This document shows positions 35,149 to 44,660 of a DNA stretch of 64,000 nucleotides, piece by piece. A program made the position numbers and the translations under genes. This DNA comes from an uncultured Actinomycetes bacterium. Its GTDB lineage: Bacteria; Actinomycetota; Thermoleophilia; Gaiellales; Gaiellaceae. How positions within the stretch are numbered: the stretch's first letter is position 1; each line of letters begins with the position of its first letter. Where the stretch lies: contig CAVVCQ010000007.1 in the NCBI GenBank assembly GCA_963746805.1, positions 70,510 through 134,509 of the forward strand, in the 5' to 3' direction. The notes beneath the pieces are model-generated. The model was given only the letters and a program-made list of their open reading frames with translations. It did no database searches and was not told the origin of the DNA.

Positions 35149-36467
35149 TTGGCCGCAGTCCCGGACGTCGGTCGCGCCACCCGAGTCGAATCGCAGGTCG
35201 CCCCGGAGGCGACGGCGACGCAGGACCTGTACGAGCGCTACTCCGGACAGCTGCTCGGCTACTGCTTCAACAAGCTCGGCAGCCGTGAGGAGGCCGAGGA
35301 CGCCGTCCAGCAGACGTTCCTGAACGCGTTCCGGGGCCTGAAGCGCGGGATCGTCCCGGAGGCCGAGTCGGCGTGGCTGTTCAAGATCGCCGAGAACGTC
35401 TGCCTCACCCGGCGGCGCTCCTCGTTCCGGCGCGGCCGGGTCGAGACGCCCGGCGACATCCAGGCGCTGCAGGAGTACGTCGCCGCGCCGCAGCAGATGG
35501 GCACCGACGAGCTGATCCAGTTGCAGAAGGCACTCGTCGGGATGCCCGCGACGCAGCGCAAGGCGATCCTCCTCCGTGAGTGGCAAGGGCTCTCCTACCG
35601 CGAGATCGCCGATGAGATGGGGCTCACCCAGCCGGCGGTCGAGACGCTGATCTTCCGCGCGCGGCGGTCGCTGGCCGAGGGGCTCGAGCGCCCGGAGGAG
35701 CGGACGACGCTGCTTGCGCGGCTCCGCCACGGCCTCGACCTGGCCTCGCTCGCCGGAGCCTTCAAGGCGCTGCTCGCCGGCAGCGCGGCCGCGAAGGCGG
35801 TCGCGACGACCGCGGCGGCCGTGACCGTCGCCGGCGCCGTCGTCGCCGCAGCGCCCGAACCGCGTGGGCACGAGGCCCCGCGGGCCTCGCTCCAGCCCGG
35901 GGCGAAGGCCGCCGCGACGAGCGAGCGACGCGCGCACGCGCCGCCGTCGTCCCGACCCGTGCCGAATCGGGCCGCGCCGACGCGACGCCTCGCGTCGCGG
36001 CCCCGGCCCGCACGAGCCGCCCGGCGGCGTCGTCCGACGCCACGGCCTCGCAGCCACAGCCTGCGGCGGGGACGGCGCACGAGGATGAGACGCCGTCCGC
36101 GCCCGCGACTCCGCCGGCCGCAGAACCGTCGGCAGCGGCACCGACGCACGCGTCCGCTTCTGCGCAGCAGCGCTCCGCGAGCGGCGACGCCCCGAGCGGC
36201 AAGGCTCGCGCCCTCGGGAAGGACATGGGCAAGGCGCCCGCCGACAAGCCGACTCCCGCCAGCGCGCCCAAGGCCGCGCCGGAGACGGCCAAGGCGAACG
36301 GCCCCGAGGCCAAGCCCGACGCCGCGGCGCCCGAACCCGGCCCGCCGGCGACCTCCGAGCTCCCGCCCTCCGCCCAGGCCGGCGGCGCGGAGCAGGCCGA
36401 GGCGAAGCTCGAGAAGCCGGAGAAGCTCGAGAACGAGTCGCAGGGGCTCGCGAAGGGCAAGGCCTAG
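35149..36467 (+). CDS. ECF-like sigma factor fused to a TM segment and an Ala/Pro-rich tail; apparent frame change near 35.90-36.00 kb
   Basis: TTG 35149 sits 6 nt after GGAGG. Sigma region 2 is LLGYCFNKLGSREEAEDAVQQTFLNAF and region 4 is LREWQGLSYREIADEMGLTQPAVETLIFRAR. There is no stop after region 4. A hydrophobic stretch follows (AAAKAVATTAAAVTVAGAVVAAA). Beyond about 35.95 kb frame 1 becomes poly-Arg, while frame 0 has no start codon of its own but has high GC3 and reads ...ATASQPQPAAGTAHEDETPSAPATPPAAEP...KLEKPEKLENESQGLAKGKA* (stop 36467). Confidence 0.65.
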
Positions 36468-36846
36468 CCGAGCCTGCGCCGCCCGCGCCGGTTCGTCCCG
36501 CTCAGGCGAGGGCGGCCCGAGACGCGCTCCGCCAGGTCCTCTCCGATCGTCACCGCGGCGTCGTCGACGGTGCCTCGATCTCGTCGCGTACAGACGCTGA
36601 GTGCGCCGTAGGAACTTCCTGAGCGCGCATGACCCTATGACGGATCGGCATGAACCGGCGCCCGTCGTGCTCGTCTCACTCCATACAACCGACCACCACG
36701 CAGCGTCTCCCCGCCGGGCAGGGCGCGGCGCCGTCGACCTTGGGCGGCCGCCGGCCCGCGGCGTTCCCCTCACAGCGAAGCCTCTCGTCTGCGGCGCAAC
36801 CGCGGCGTCGCGCCCTGCCCGAGGAGACCACGCGAAAGGAGTGACG

Positions 36847-38478
36847 ATGCGGAGAGCGATCCTCGTGACGCTCGCGGCGGGTGCGCTGACCGCGCTCCTC
36901 GCCGCACAGGCGACGGCCGCCCAGGCCCCGCGCAAGGGCGGCACGCTGAAAGCCATGTTCGCGACGGACGTCGACTTCATCGACCCGTCGCTCGCGTACT
37001 ACGCGCACTCGTGGGAGATCATGGGCGCGACCGGCGCCAACCTCCTCCGCTTCGTGGACGCCGAGGGCTCGGCCGGCTCCCGGATCGTCCCCGAGGTGGC
37101 GGCCGCGTTCCCGCGCGTGTCCGCGAACGGCCGCACCTACACGTTCACGCTCCGGCGCGGCTTCCGCTTCTCGAACGGCAAGGCGGTGACGGCGCAGAAC
37201 TTCGCGTACGCGATCGACCGCGCCCTCAACACGCAGCAGCAGTCGCCGGCCGGCCCGTTCATGGCCGACATCGTCGGCGCCCAGGCCGTGCTCGACGGGA
37301 AGGCCCGGCACGCGTCCGGCGTCGTCGTCACGAACGGCGGCTACGGGCTCCGGATCACGCTCTCGCGGGGGGCGCCGGACATCCTCACCCGCCTCGCGAT
37401 GCCGTTCTTCCAGGCGATCGACACCGCGGTGGGGATCCAGCCGCAGGGCGCGAAGGCGCCGCTGCACTCCGCGGGGCCGTACTACGTGTCCGCGTGGACG
37501 CCGAACACGCGCCTCATCCTGAAGCGCAATCCGTACTACAAGCGGAACAAGTTCGCGACGCGCGCGGCGAACATCGACTCGTTCGAGTTCGACGCCAACA
37601 TCGCGCTGCCGGCGCAGGTGCTCCGCATCCGCGCGGGCCAGTCCGACTACGGCGCCGAGGGCGTCGACCCGGCCGCGCACGCCGACCTCGCACGGCAGTT
37701 CGGCGTCAACCGTCGGCAGTACCAGGTCCGGCAGATCCCGGTCACGTACTTCATCTCGATGAACACGACCCGGGGCCTCTTCCGCGACCCGAACGTCCGC
37801 AAGGCCGTGAACCTCGCGATCGACCGCCAGGCGATCCTCGTCCAGCGCGGCTACCTGGCCGGCAAGCGCGCCGACCAGATCCTCCCGCCGGGGATCCCCG
37901 GCTTCCGCGACTTCCAGGCGTGGCCGCTCCGCTTCACCGAGGCCAACCTGAACCGCGCGAAGCAGCTGATGCGGGGCCGCACGACCGACGCGCTCATGCT
38001 CGCCGGCAACCGCGGCGCCAGCCTGACGATCCCGCAGATCGTCAAGTTCAACCTCGCGAAGATCGGGATCAACATGGACACGCGGCACCTGGCGACGGGG
38101 CCGCTGTCCGCCACCGCGGGCCGCCGCGGCGAGCCGTTCGAGTTCTACCTCGGCGGCTGGCAGGCGGACTATCCGGATCCCAACAACTTCCTGGACGTGC
38201 TCCTCAACGGGAACAACATCCACGAGGCGAACAACAACAACCGGGCGTACTTCAACGTCCCGGCGGTCAACCGCAGGCTCGAGGCTGCCTCGCAGCTCTC
38301 GGGCGCCAAGCGGTACGACGCGTACGCGAAGCTCGACCGCGACATCACGACGCAGCACGCGCCGTGGGCCTCGCTCTCGTACGCGAACAACCGCGACTTC
38401 CTCTCGGCCCGGGTCGGGTGCTACTCGTACCACCCGACGTACTCGTTCAACCTCGTGACTGCCTGTCTGACTCGGTAG
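36847..38478 (+). CDS. ABC transporter substrate-binding protein, family 5 (peptide/nickel type)
   Basis: ATG 36847 sits 5 nt after AAGGAG. Signal peptide is AILVTLAAGALTALLAAQATAAQA. Also has GGTLKAMFATDVDFIDPSLAYY...GGWQADYPDPNNFL. Confidence 0.85.
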   Translation: MRRAILVTLAAGALTALLAAQATAAQAPRKGGTLKAMFATDVDFIDPSLAYYAHSWEIMGATGANLLRFVDAEGSAGSRIVPEVAAAFPRVSANGRTYTFTLRRGFRFSNGKAVTAQNFAYAIDRALNTQQQSPAGPFMADIVGAQAVLDGKARHASGVVVTNGGYGLRITLSRGAPDILTRLAMPFFQAIDTAVGIQPQGAKAPLHSAGPYYVSAWTPNTRLILKRNPYYKRNKFATRAANIDSFEFDANIALPAQVLRIRAGQSDYGAEGVDPAAHADLARQFGVNRRQYQVRQIPVTYFISMNTTRGLFRDPNVRKAVNLAIDRQAILVQRGYLAGKRADQILPPGIPGFRDFQAWPLRFTEANLNRAKQLMRGRTTDALMLAGNRGASLTIPQIVKFNLAKIGINMDTRHLATGPLSATAGRRGEPFEFYLGGWQADYPDPNNFLDVLLNGNNIHEANNNNRAYFNVPAVNRRLEAASQLSGAKRYDAYAKLDRDITTQHAPWASLSYANNRDFLSARVGCYSYHPTYSFNLVTACLTR

Positions 38479-38491
38479 TTACGTGACGGGT

Positions 38492-38525
38492 GGGGGCGGC
38501 GGCCCGCGCGAGTGTCGCCGCCCCC
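38492..38525 (+). other. intercistronic stem-loop between the SBP and permease genes
   Basis: GGGGGCGGCG-(14 nt)-CGCCGCCCCC, a perfect 10-bp GC stem. Such hairpins between SBP and permease genes commonly act as partial terminators or mRNA stabilisers. Confidence 0.55.
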
Positions 38526-38591
38526 GCAAACCTTGCGACTGCCCCGTCGTCTAACCGGTAGAGTCCTGCGGCCCTCGCGGCGGAGAACCCC

Positions 38592-39566
38592 ATGTTCAGA
38601 TACCTGATCAGACGCCTTCTGTGGGCGGCCGTCCTCTTCATCGCCGTGACGCTCGTCACGTTCGTCATCTTCTTCATCACGCCGTCCGACCCGGCCAAGC
38701 TCGTCGCCGGCCGCGGCGCGACCGAGTCGGACATCGAGCGCGCCCGCAAGTTCATCGGCCTGGACGACCCGGTGCCGATCCAGTACCTGAACTACCTGAA
38801 GCGCCTCGTCATCGACCAGAGCCTCGGCTTCTCGTTCGCGACGCGGCAGGACGTCAACGACATCGTCTTCGCCGCGGCGCCGGTCACCGCATCTCTCGTC
38901 TTCGGCGGCGCGATCCTCTGGATGATCGTCTCGCTGCCCGTCGGCGTCTTCTCGGCGCTGAGACCCCGGTCCCTCTTCGACCGCGTCGCCATGACCTTCG
39001 TGCTCATCGGCGTCTCGGCGCATCCGGTGTGGATCGGCCTGATCTTCGCCTACTTCTTCGGCTATCGCTGGGGTGACGTCACGCACTTGCCCATCACGGG
39101 CTACGCGGAGTTCTTCAGTCCCGCGACCGCGGAAGGCGGTCCTCTCGAGTGGTTCCGCCACATGATCCTGCCGTGGTGCACGTTCGCCCTGCTGTTCTCG
39201 GCGCTGTACGTGCGCATGATCCGGGCGAACGTGATGGAGACCATGAACGAGGACTACGTGCGGACCGCGCGCGCGAAGGGCGCGCCGGAGTCGACCGTCC
39301 TCCGCTCGCACATCCTCCGCAACGCGATGCTGCCGGTCGTGACGATCCTCGGCATGGACATCGGGCTCGCGCTCGGCGGCGCGATCTTCACCGAGAGCGT
39401 CTACTCGCTGCCCGGGCTCGGCGCGATGGCCGTCCGCTCGATCGAGAACCTCGACCTGCCCGTGACGATGGGCATCGTCGTCTTCGCCACGATGGCGGTG
39501 ATCGTCTTCAACCTCGTGGTCGATCTGCTGTATGCGGTGATCGACCCGAGAATCCGCCTGGACTAG
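38592..39566 (+). CDS. ABC transporter permease (DppB/OppB type)
   Basis: MFRYLIRRLLWAAVLFIAVTLVTFVIFF..., a six-TM layout, and an EAA-like loop (YVRTARAKGAPESTVLRSHILRNA). Confidence 0.85.
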   Translation: MFRYLIRRLLWAAVLFIAVTLVTFVIFFITPSDPAKLVAGRGATESDIERARKFIGLDDPVPIQYLNYLKRLVIDQSLGFSFATRQDVNDIVFAAAPVTASLVFGGAILWMIVSLPVGVFSALRPRSLFDRVAMTFVLIGVSAHPVWIGLIFAYFFGYRWGDVTHLPITGYAEFFSPATAEGGPLEWFRHMILPWCTFALLFSALYVRMIRANVMETMNEDYVRTARAKGAPESTVLRSHILRNAMLPVVTILGMDIGLALGGAIFTESVYSLPGLGAMAVRSIENLDLPVTMGIVVFATMAVIVFNLVVDLLYAVIDPRIRLD

Positions 39567-39593
39567 CCCGGACTCCGGCTCAGAGCAGCCAGA

Positions 39594-39794
39594 TCAGGCG
39601 GCGGGGCGGGGTCCCTCGCGCTTGGGCGACGTGCCGCGCGGAGATCGGGCGCGGACGTGCGCGGCGAAGAGGCGGGTGCGAACCTCCGCCTCGTCTGCGT
39701 CGAAGCGGAGGAGGTATCCGCGCGCCTGGAGTCGCTGGACGATCAGCTCGTCGACACCCAGACGCGCGGCGATTGTGCGCGGATCGGTCGTCAT
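39594..39794 (-). CDS. small hypothetical protein (66 aa)
   Basis: MTTDPRTIAARLGVDELIVQRLQARGYLLRFDADEAEVRTRLF... Its ATG shares one base with the upstream stop (TGATG). Confidence 0.4.
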   Translation of the reverse strand: MTTDPRTIAARLGVDELIVQRLQARGYLLRFDADEAEVRTRLFAAHVRARSPRGTSPKREGPRPAA

Positions 39795-39976
39795 CAGTGG
39801 CGGTAGGCCGGTCGGTTGCGCACGCCGTGGCGTACGACGATCGCGACCCTCCACGCGATCTTGCGAATCCCGTCACGCTGGGGATCGCGTGGGAGTTGCC
39901 GCGCCCGCCGGTATTCCTCCGCCAGGTGCGCCGTCCGTTCGTGGGCGAGCGCGATGCGTGCGTGATGGTCGATCAT
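39794..39976 (-). CDS. small hypothetical protein (60 aa)
   Basis: ATG 39976 sits 5 nt after AGGAGG. Sequence MIDHHARIALAHERTAHLAEEYRRARQLPRDPQRDGIRKIAWRVAIVV... Confidence 0.45.
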   Translation of the reverse strand: MIDHHARIALAHERTAHLAEEYRRARQLPRDPQRDGIRKIAWRVAIVVRHGVRNRPAYRH

Positions 39977-40091
39977 CGGGACCTCCTCTCGGTGCCGAAA
40001 CCCTCCCGCCTCGCGGTCATGCGCCACTCATGGCGCGGTCATCTGGTCAGCCCGATCGCGCTGCACTCGTGATCGGTGTTACAACCGATGC

Positions 40092-43000
40092 GTGGAATTC
40101 CGTCTGCTCGGACCGCTCGAGGTACGGGACGACCGCGGAGTGAAGTTGACCTTGCCGCACGGGCAGCAGCGCGCCCTGCTCGCGGCGCTGCTCGTCCATG
40201 CGGGCGAGGTGGTGGCGACGGACCGGCTCATCGACGAGCTGTGGGGGGAGCGGCCGCCGCCCACGGCCGTCGGCTCGCTCCAGAACGCCGTCTCGCAGCT
40301 TCGCCGGCTGATCGGCTCCGAGCTCCTGCAGACGCGGCCGCCCGGTTACATGCTCGACGTTTCGTCCTCCGCGCTGGACGTCCGTCGCTTCGAGCAGCTT
40401 CTCGGTGACGCTGCGTCGAAGGAGCCGTCGGTCCGTGCGGCCGCCCTGCGCGAGGCGCTGGCGTTGTGGCGTGGTCCGGCGCTCGCGGACTGCGACGAGC
40501 CGTTCGCACGAAGCGAGGCCGAGCGCCTCGACGCACTGCGCCTGACCGCGAACGAGGAGCGGATCGAGGCCGAGCTCGAGCTGGGGCGGCACACGCTCTT
40601 CGTCGCCGAGCTGGAGGCCCTGTGCGCCGAGCACCCGCTGCACGAACGCTTGTGGCGTCAGCTCGCGCTCGCGCTGTACCGATCCGGGCGCCAGGCGGAC
40701 GCGCTCGCGGCGTGCCGGGAAGCGCGGAGCGCACTCGACGAGCTGGGACTCGAGCCGTCACGGGAGCTCCGTGAGCTTGAGCGGGACATGCTCCGGCAGA
40801 GCCCGCGGCTCGCAGTACAGGCGGCCGCCGTCGAGGAGGAGCAGGAGCCGGACGTGGGCGAGCGCCGCGTCGTCTCGGTCCTTGCCGCCGACCTCCCAGA
40901 CGACGACGATCCTGAGGCGCTGCGGGCGACGGTGCAGCGGGTGTTCGACGCGGCGGCCGCCGTGGTCGGCCGCCATGGCGGCACGATCGAGCGTTTTGGC
41001 TCTGAAGGGCTGACCGCCGTGTTCGGCGCTGAGGAGAGCCACGAGGACGACGCGATGCGCGCCGTCCGCGCCGCAGTTGAGCTGCATACCCAGACCGCGG
41101 TCCCAGTCGGAGTCGCGACCGGCGAGGCCGTCGTCGCGGACGAGCCCCACGTCACCGGCGCGGCGTTCGCGCGCGCCGCCGCCCTCGCGCGTTCGAACAC
41201 CGGCGTGGTCGTGGATCGACGCACGCACGATCTCGTCCGCGACGGGGTCACAGTCGACGGCGTCACCCCGGCGACCCGTGTCGTGGACGTACGGCCGGGA
41301 CGGCCCGACGCGCGCGCCGACGTCCCGCTTGTCGGCCGCGAATCCGAGCTCGCGCAGTTGCGCGCAGCCTTCGCCGCTGCGGCCTCCGAGCGTCGCTGCG
41401 TCTCGGTGGTCGTGGTTGGCGAGGCGGGGATCGGCAAGTCGCGCCTTGCCCGGGAGCTCGCGGGCTCTGTCGACGCGTCGGTACTCGTCGGACGCTGCAT
41501 CGCGTACGGCGAGGGGGCGACGTTCCTGCCGCTCGTCGAGGCGCTCGCAGGGGTGGATCCAGCGGCGTTGCTCGACGCGGACGAGAACGCGTCGCTGGTC
41601 GCGAAGCGCGTGGCCGAGCTCACCCGGGAAGGGCGAGGTCCGAGCTCGCTCGGGGAGTCCTACTGGGCGGTGCGCCGCGTCCTGGAGGCGCTCGCCGGCC
41701 GTGCTCCCGTCGTGTTGCTGCTCGACGACGTCCACTGGGCCGAGCCGGCGTTGCTCGATCTGGTCGAGTACCTGGACATGCGTGTGCGGGAGGCGCCGCT
41801 GCTCGTCCTGTGTCTTGCGCGGCCGGAGCTGCTGGAGCAGCGGCCGGGCTGGACGCGTCGCGCACTGCCGCTCGGGCCGCTTACCGACGACGACTCGCGC
41901 GCCGTCGTCGCGGGCACCGCGGGCGGGCTGGGCGAGGAGGGGCGTGAGCGAATCGTCGCCGTCGCCGAGGGCAACCCGCTCTACGCGCAACAGCTCGCGG
42001 CCTTCGCCGCGGAGTCGGGCAAGGCGCTCGAGCCCGGCGCCATGCCCGCGACTCTCGAGGCGGTGCTCGCGGGCCGCCTCGCCCGCCTCGATCCTGGCGA
42101 GCGCTTCACCCTTCAGTGCGCCGCGGTCGTCGGACGCGAGTTCTCCCGTGGCGCCGTCGCGGCGCTCGTGCCGCCGGACCGTGCGGTCGACGCGCATCTG
42201 CTCGCCCTTGCTCGGCGCGGCTTCATGCACCCCTCGGCCGAGCTGCTCTCGGGCGACGACGCGTATCGCTTCGACCACGTCCTCCTCCGAGACGCGGCCT
42301 ACGCGACGCTCACCAAGGCACACCGCGCCGACCTGCACGAACGTGTCGCGACGTGGCTCGACCGCGACGGCGCCGGCGACGACATCCTCGTCGGCTACCA
42401 CCTCGAGCGTGCCGCGTTGCTCCACCGCGATCTCGGGAATCCCGCCGAGGCTCTCGCGGCCGCCGCCGGGGATCGTTTGGGATCCGCGGGCACTTGGGCG
42501 TGGTTGGGCTCAGGCGACGGACCGGCCGCACTGAACCTTCTCGGACGTGCCGCAGGGGTCCTGCCGCCGGGCACGCGGCGAGCGGAGATCTACTTTGAAC
42601 GGGCGATCGTCCTGCACGCGGTGGGAGCTACGGGCGACGCGGGCAGAAAACACGAAGCGGCTGCACTCGACGATGCAGCCGCGGAAGCAGTGGCCTTCGG
42701 AGGCATTCGGATTGACGTACGAGTTCGTCTGGAGCAGGCGAACATGGCCATGGAGCAGGGACGCCTTTCCCCGGACGAGTTCCTTGGTTGGGCGCCCGTT
42801 GCAATCTCCGCGCTGGAGGCCGAAGGCGACCACCGTGGCCTTGGACGCGCCTGGACCACTGTCAGCTTTGCACACGGGCTCCGTGGCGAGATGGAAGCTT
42901 TGGGTCGGGCTGCGGCGCGGGCCACGCATCACTACGGGCTCTGCGGCTACTCGACGCACGATGCGCTCGGATTCGAGGCTGAGGCGTTGTTCTACGGGTC

Positions 43001-43712
43001 GATTCCCGTCGATGAGGCGACACGTGAAGCGCACCGGCTTCTCGACGAGACAGTCGATCGGCGATCAGAGGCTCGCGTCGGCACGCGCCTGGGAGCACTC
43101 CACGCAATGGCCGGCCGGTTCGACGAGGCTCGGCGCCTCGCCGCATACGGGCAGACCGTGTACGAGGAACTCGGGCTTGCTCGTCCGTTCGCGGTCGCGC
43201 TCGCACCGTTCTGCATGGAGATCGAGCGTCTTGCCGGCGATCTCGACGCGGCGGCGTCAGTCGGCCGGAGAAGCGTCGATGTGCTCCTCGGGTTCGGTGC
43301 CGGGGGAAACGCGGCGACGCAGGCGGCCGCGCTCGCCGTGGTAGAGCTCGCACGCGGAAACGCCAGCGACGCTGGGCGTCTTCTGACCATCGTGAAAGCG
43401 AACGTCGCCGAGTACGACGTGCTGCCCAACGCCTGTCGCCTTGGCATCGAGGCGCGATTGCTGGCTCGCCGCGGACGTCGTGCGGCCGCCGAGTCGGACG
43501 CGCGTGAGGCCGTTCGGCTCTTGGCCGGAACGGACGCCGTATGCGAACGCGCTCAGGCCTCGCTCGCGCTCGCCGAGGTGCTCGCCCTCGGCGGCCGTCA
43601 CGACGAGGCGCGTAAGGCCGCGGCCGAGGCCGAACGCCTTCTCGCGGCGAAAGGAAGCGTGGCCGGCATTGCTCGGCTTCGCGAGCAATTGGCCGCCGCC
43701 GTGCCCTCCTGA
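40092..43712 (+). CDS. multidomain regulator: SARP (winged-helix + BTAD) / class-III-cyclase-like domain / P-loop STAND ATPase / TPR
   Basis: 1206 aa.
- N-terminus: FRLLGPLEV...LPHGQQRALLAALL...LIDELWGE...YML plus BTAD (LREALALWRGPALAD...LHERLWRQLALALYRSGRQADAL).
- Cyclase-like: RRVVSVLAADL...HGGTIERFGSEGLTAVFG.
- Walker A: VVVVGEAGIGKSRL.
- Walker B-like: VLLLDDVHWAE.
- The C-terminus is helical-repeat. Confidence 0.8.
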   Translation: MEFRLLGPLEVRDDRGVKLTLPHGQQRALLAALLVHAGEVVATDRLIDELWGERPPPTAVGSLQNAVSQLRRLIGSELLQTRPPGYMLDVSSSALDVRRFEQLLGDAASKEPSVRAAALREALALWRGPALADCDEPFARSEAERLDALRLTANEERIEAELELGRHTLFVAELEALCAEHPLHERLWRQLALALYRSGRQADALAACREARSALDELGLEPSRELRELERDMLRQSPRLAVQAAAVEEEQEPDVGERRVVSVLAADLPDDDDPEALRATVQRVFDAAAAVVGRHGGTIERFGSEGLTAVFGAEESHEDDAMRAVRAAVELHTQTAVPVGVATGEAVVADEPHVTGAAFARAAALARSNTGVVVDRRTHDLVRDGVTVDGVTPATRVVDVRPGRPDARADVPLVGRESELAQLRAAFAAAASERRCVSVVVVGEAGIGKSRLARELAGSVDASVLVGRCIAYGEGATFLPLVEALAGVDPAALLDADENASLVAKRVAELTREGRGPSSLGESYWAVRRVLEALAGRAPVVLLLDDVHWAEPALLDLVEYLDMRVREAPLLVLCLARPELLEQRPGWTRRALPLGPLTDDDSRAVVAGTAGGLGEEGRERIVAVAEGNPLYAQQLAAFAAESGKALEPGAMPATLEAVLAGRLARLDPGERFTLQCAAVVGREFSRGAVAALVPPDRAVDAHLLALARRGFMHPSAELLSGDDAYRFDHVLLRDAAYATLTKAHRADLHERVATWLDRDGAGDDILVGYHLERAALLHRDLGNPAEALAAAAGDRLGSAGTWAWLGSGDGPAALNLLGRAAGVLPPGTRRAEIYFERAIVLHAVGATGDAGRKHEAAALDDAAAEAVAFGGIRIDVRVRLEQANMAMEQGRLSPDEFLGWAPVAISALEAEGDHRGLGRAWTTVSFAHGLRGEMEALGRAAARATHHYGLCGYSTHDALGFEAEALFYGSIPVDEATREAHRLLDETVDRRSEARVGTRLGALHAMAGRFDEARRLAAYGQTVYEELGLARPFAVALAPFCMEIERLAGDLDAAASVGRRSVDVLLGFGAGGNAATQAAALAVVELARGNASDAGRLLTIVKANVAEYDVLPNACRLGIEARLLARRGRRAAAESDAREAVRLLAGTDAVCERAQASLALAEVLALGGRHDEARKAAAEAERLLAAKGSVAGIARLREQLAAAVPS

Positions 43713-43923
43713 CGATTCACTCGGCGATCACCGCCAGCTCATCAAGGCCGCGCGACCTCGACGGTCAGCGGTCCCGGCCGGCCGCGGCGCGTGACGCGCA
43801 GCACGAGCGCGCGTCGTCCGCAAATTGCTGGATCCTCCTTTGGTGCCGCCGACACGCGCGGACGGCGCTCACGCGCCGGTCATCCGGCGGTCACGAGGGC
43901 GAGGAAGATCCTTCGGGCGGGTC

Positions 43924-44244
43924 CTATTCGCCTCCGCCGAGGTGGCGGGCCAGTGCCGCCAGCCGGTCGTCCCAGGCGTCTCCGACGCGCTCGATCCAGG
44001 CCGTGGCCTCGTCGAGCGGCGCCGGCGTGAGCCGGTAGCGTGTCTCGCGGCCCGCGCGTGACGGCGCGACGAGGCCCGCGTCCGCGAGCGCGGCGAGGTG
44101 CTTCGAGACCGCCTGCCGCGTGACCGGGAGCTCCGAGGCGAGCTCGGTCGGGGTCGCGCTCTCGCGTGTCGCCAGCGCCTCCACCAGGAAGCGGCGGTGC
44201 GGGTCGGCGAGGGCGGCGAAGACGCGGCCCGGGTCGCTCACCAC
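43924..44244 (-). CDS. ArsR/SmtB-family transcriptional regulator
   Basis: VFAALADPHRRFLVEALATRESATPTELASELPVTRQAVSKHLAALADAGLV. GTG 44244/44241 overlaps the stop of the upstream SRPBCC gene. Confidence 0.82.
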   Translation of the reverse strand: MVSDPGRVFAALADPHRRFLVEALATRESATPTELASELPVTRQAVSKHLAALADAGLVAPSRAGRETRYRLTPAPLDEATAWIERVGDAWDDRLAALARHLGGGE

Positions 44245-44606
44245 ACGGCGACGGCCGCGAGCGCCTGCACCTCGAGCCCGACGGCCCACTCGCCCGCGAG
44301 CGCCGACGCCGTCTCGACCACGCGGAGGCGCGTGCCCTGCTCCGCCTCCTCGAGCGCGATCGTCACGTGCGACTCGGCGCCGTCCCCGTCCGTCCAGGCG
44401 AAGCCGAGGCGCTCGCCCGGGACGATCTCGTCGACCGTCGCGTGACGGGTCTCGCCGTCGTCCCAGCGGAAGACGCCCCGGCCGCCGGGTCGCGCGTCGA
44501 GCTCGACGTCGTTGGCAAACCACTCGGAGAGCCGCTCGGGATCGGTGAGCGCCTCCCACACCTCCGCCGGCGCGGCCGGCAGGACGATCTCGCGCCTGAC
44601 CTCCAC
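44238..44606 (-). CDS. SRPBCC/AHSA1-domain protein
   Basis: GTG 44606 sits 4 nt after AGGAGG. Sequence [30 protein letters not shown]...GGRGVFRW. Confidence 0.78.
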   Translation of the reverse strand: MEVRREIVLPAAPAEVWEALTDPERLSEWFANDVELDARPGGRGVFRWDDGETRHATVDEIVPGERLGFAWTDGDGAESHVTIALEEAEQGTRLRVVETASALAGEWAVGLEVQALAAVAVW

Positions 44607-44619
44607 GGCTCCTCCTTTC

Positions 44620-44660
44620 GCAACCGTTCGGTTGCGTATAATGCGCAACTGTCGAGTTGC
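44620..44660. promoter_or_regulatory. two GCAAC-N6-GTTGC palindromes bracketing a TATAAT box (candidate ArsR-type operator and divergent promoter)
   Basis: GCAACCGTTCGGTTGC (44620-44635), TATAAT (44637-44642) and GCAACTGTCGAGTTGC (44645-44660). They lie in the 73-nt gap between the SRPBCC/ArsR operon and clpP. Confidence 0.55.

Noticed and set aside
35024-35323. 99-aa ORF starting at a GTG 6 nt after AAGGAGG, inside the palindrome.
   Set aside because: It has low third-position GC at its start and junk-like sequence, and it overlaps the sigma gene out of frame. The SD-like AAGGAGG is more likely part of the structured leader.
43713-43923. 31-codon Arg-rich ORF on the minus strand after AAAGGAGG (TTG start) between the regulator and the ArsR gene.
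   Set aside because: It is too short, has a low-complexity basic sequence and shows no supporting signal.
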